Of a stretch of 64,000 nt of DNA, positions 62,017 to 64,000 are shown one piece after another (the first letter of the stretch is position 1; each line of letters opens with the position of its first letter). A program made the position numbers and the translations under genes. The DNA is from Candidatus Bathyarchaeota archaeon (GTDB lineage: Archaea; Thermoproteota; Bathyarchaeia; Bathyarchaeales; Bathycorpusculaceae): NCBI GenBank assembly GCA_963767735.1, contig CAVYES010000007.1:321254-385253 (forward strand). The letters are read 5' to 3'. The notes under the pieces were generated by a model. It was not told where the DNA came from. It saw only the letters and a program-made list of their open reading frames with translations, and did no database searches.

Positions 62017-62547
62017 TCACTTATGCGGGAGATAGTTCCAGTCCCAAGGTTTACCGACACGTGCATCATTTTTCTTGCCGTTAACAGATTTAGGAACAAG
62101 GGTCGGGTCATTCCATGGCCTGCGTTCTTCATCGGGATTGGCAGGGTCATATAGGTTAGTGGTGAAGTAAAGCAGCATAGCGGGTTCATTGCCGAGTGCT
62201 TTGAAGCCATGCCAGTAATGACCAGGAATGCGGACCACTTGCAGGTTTAAAGCGCTGGAGACAACCTCATTTATTTCCTCTGTTTTCTCATCGAACGCGC
62301 AGATTTTAATTAATCCGCTTAGCGCCAAAAAATAGTCCGTTTGCCCTCTAAGGTGCCTGTGCCAGGCGCGTATGATGTTGGGATAAGTGAATGAATGGTT
62401 TGCTTGTGCAATTGTGTCTTCTTCAAATAGGTCTTTCCAGTCTGTACGCATAACTTCGGTGAAGAAGCCTCTCTCGTCGGGTAATCGACATATTGGTTTA
62501 ATTTTTATCCCTTTTAACATTGACATCTCTCGCTTGCTTGTTAACAT
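62017..62547 (-). CDS. rfbC: dTDP-4-dehydrorhamnose 3,5-epimerase family protein
   Basis: DERGFF, RAWHRH, WHGF, WNDP; lies in the rfb operon. Confidence 0.88.
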   Translation of the reverse strand: MLTSKREMSMLKGIKIKPICRLPDERGFFTEVMRTDWKDLFEEDTIAQANHSFTYPNIIRAWHRHLRGQTDYFLALSGLIKICAFDEKTEEINEVVSSALNLQVVRIPGHYWHGFKALGNEPAMLLYFTTNLYDPANPDEERRPWNDPTLVPKSVNGKKNDARVGKPWDWNYLPHK

Positions 62548-62587
62548 ATGTTTTAAAAATATTTATAATAGTTGTCATGCTCTCGGG

Positions 62588-63647
62588 CTAGACTTCCACT
62601 TCCGAGTAATCGCCCACGTGCAACTTGATAGTTCTGTTCCGCTGGTTTCTTGCCACCTTCGCGTTTTTGCCGATTAAACTATCCTCTAACCGCTCCACAT
62701 CCCTAACGACAACATTTTCTTGAATAACACAATATTCAAGGTTAGAATTAATAATTTCTGAGCCGCTGCCAACGCTTGTGTATGGTCCAATGAAGGAGTT
62801 TTCAATCAAAACGTTCTTCCCGATTACACATGGCCCCCTAACTGTACTATTCACTATTTTTGCTCCCAGCTCAATCTTGACCCTGCCGTCTACAACGCTG
62901 TTTGTTGCCTGCTCCTTTGATGTCGCGCTCCGCATATTCATCCAGTATTCTCGCGTTAGCCGACAAAATATCGTCTTTTTTGCCTGTGTCAAGCCACCAA
63001 GAATTCAAGATTTCAGCTTTAACCGAAAAGCCCATGTTAATCATTTCTTGGATTGCATCAGTAATTTCCAGTTCTCCACGCCAAGAAGGCTTTATCCGTT
63101 CTATAGCTTGATGAACCTTGCTGGAAAAGAGGTAAGTGCCGATAATGGCAAGGTTACCAATGGGCGTTTTAGGCTTCTCCACCAACTTGACAATATTGCC
63201 TTTGCCATCAAGCTGAGCGATACCGAAACTTGATGGGTTCTCAACTTCTTTTAGAATAATAAGCCCGTCAAGATGTTCACTCTGGAATTTTTTAACAAAT
63301 GAGTTCAAGCCTTGACCAGTAACGTTATCCCCTAAACACATGACGAAAGAATCCTGCCCCAAAAATCGCTTAGCAGTCTTCACCGCATGCGCTAAACCAA
63401 GCGGTTCCTGAGGGATATAGGTGACGTTAAGGTTCCAGTTTGAACCGTCAGTAACGTAGTCTTTAACAAACTGTCCCGTTTCAGGCGCAGTGATAATGCC
63501 CACCTTTTTTATTTTGGTTGAAGCCACCTGATCAAGAACATATCCAAGAATAGGCTTGTTTGCTACTGGAATAAGCTGTTTAGCGCAGGTAAAAGTTAAA
63601 GGTCTAAGTCTGGTTCCTTTTCCGCCGCTGAGAACAAGTGCTTTCAT
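62588..63647 (-). pseudogene. rfbA: Glucose-1-phosphate thymidylyltransferase (long form) with frameshift near 62910 (real or sequencing error)
   Basis: LSGGKGTRLRPLT, KPSWRGELEITD, WWLDTG; hexapeptide tail (VRGP, IGPYTS) lies in another frame. Confidence 0.85.
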
Positions 63648-64000
63648 ACTAATCACTAAATGTTGAATGCTTACTTTAACTAGCATTGATTTTATCACTT
63701 AAATAAGTTTACGTTGAAGTTCAGTTGTGGTTGTAGTTGTACAACAACATAATTCTATTAGAATTGAAAATAAATATCATATTAGAGATCGCTTAATTTG
63801 GTGGTATTAAACGAGAACCATAATTAAACGTAACGTATGGTCTTCTTTTCGCAAACCGGAATTAAAATGCAAGTTTACCCGTTCATGCAGCCTTTACTCA
63901 AACTCGAGCTACACATGCACACATGTCGGCGGAAGCTACTGCGGCAAATACAGATCACTATCCGGCATAACCGATGGCATGTCTCCGATGAAAATAAATG

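Noticed and set aside
63811-64000. Cys-rich frame KCKFTRSC...CTHVGGSYCGKYR
   Set aside because: No standard start codon in frame and it runs off the window edge.
1-64000. Many 60-160-aa ORFs antisense to or overlapping called genes (e.g. 29533-30024, 47802-48179, 25814-26026)
   Set aside because: Shadow frames of well-supported genes, without motifs.
1-64000. tRNA, rRNA, SRP or RNase P RNA genes
   Set aside because: No cloverleaf/T-loop signature or GC-rich structural RNA block was seen by eye; tRNAscan-SE/Infernal would be needed to exclude them fully.

Overview
Archaeal chromosomal DNA, most consistent with Bathyarchaeia (inference from the archaeal information genes, a Cren7-like protein and the large secreted PQQ-like beta-propeller paralogues; not checked by a database search). 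The backbone is housekeeping: cysS, prs, rnz, tbp, pyrE, argF, ilvC, the secE-spt5-rpl11-rpl1-rpl10 cluster, the rnp4-yhbY-rps19e-rpl39e-rpl31e-eIF6-rpl18a-pfdA-ftsY cluster and an rfb operon. Decayed toxin-antitoxin loci and other relics are interspersed. Main finding: a dispersed non-coding element present seven times at four intergenic loci. Each copy is an array of 4-7 tandem 10-bp units, with a core that differs between copies, directly abutting a conserved anchor CAACCT(G/A)CAA. A second CAAC(C/T) box starts exactly 36 bp after the first in all seven copies. One copy appears to have gained a new repeat block at the anchor junction. Also notable: an inserted respiratory island (cytochrome b5-Tat-Rieske fusion, cytochrome b with Lys at one heme-ligand His position, membrane cupredoxin, MenG- and MenA-like enzymes), two tandem promoter-hairpin-terminator units that look like structured ncRNAs, and a second ~120-bp dispersed repeat. 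Several single-base frameshifts may be sequencing errors. No CRISPR array, tRNA or rRNA was seen. All calls come from reading motifs by eye.
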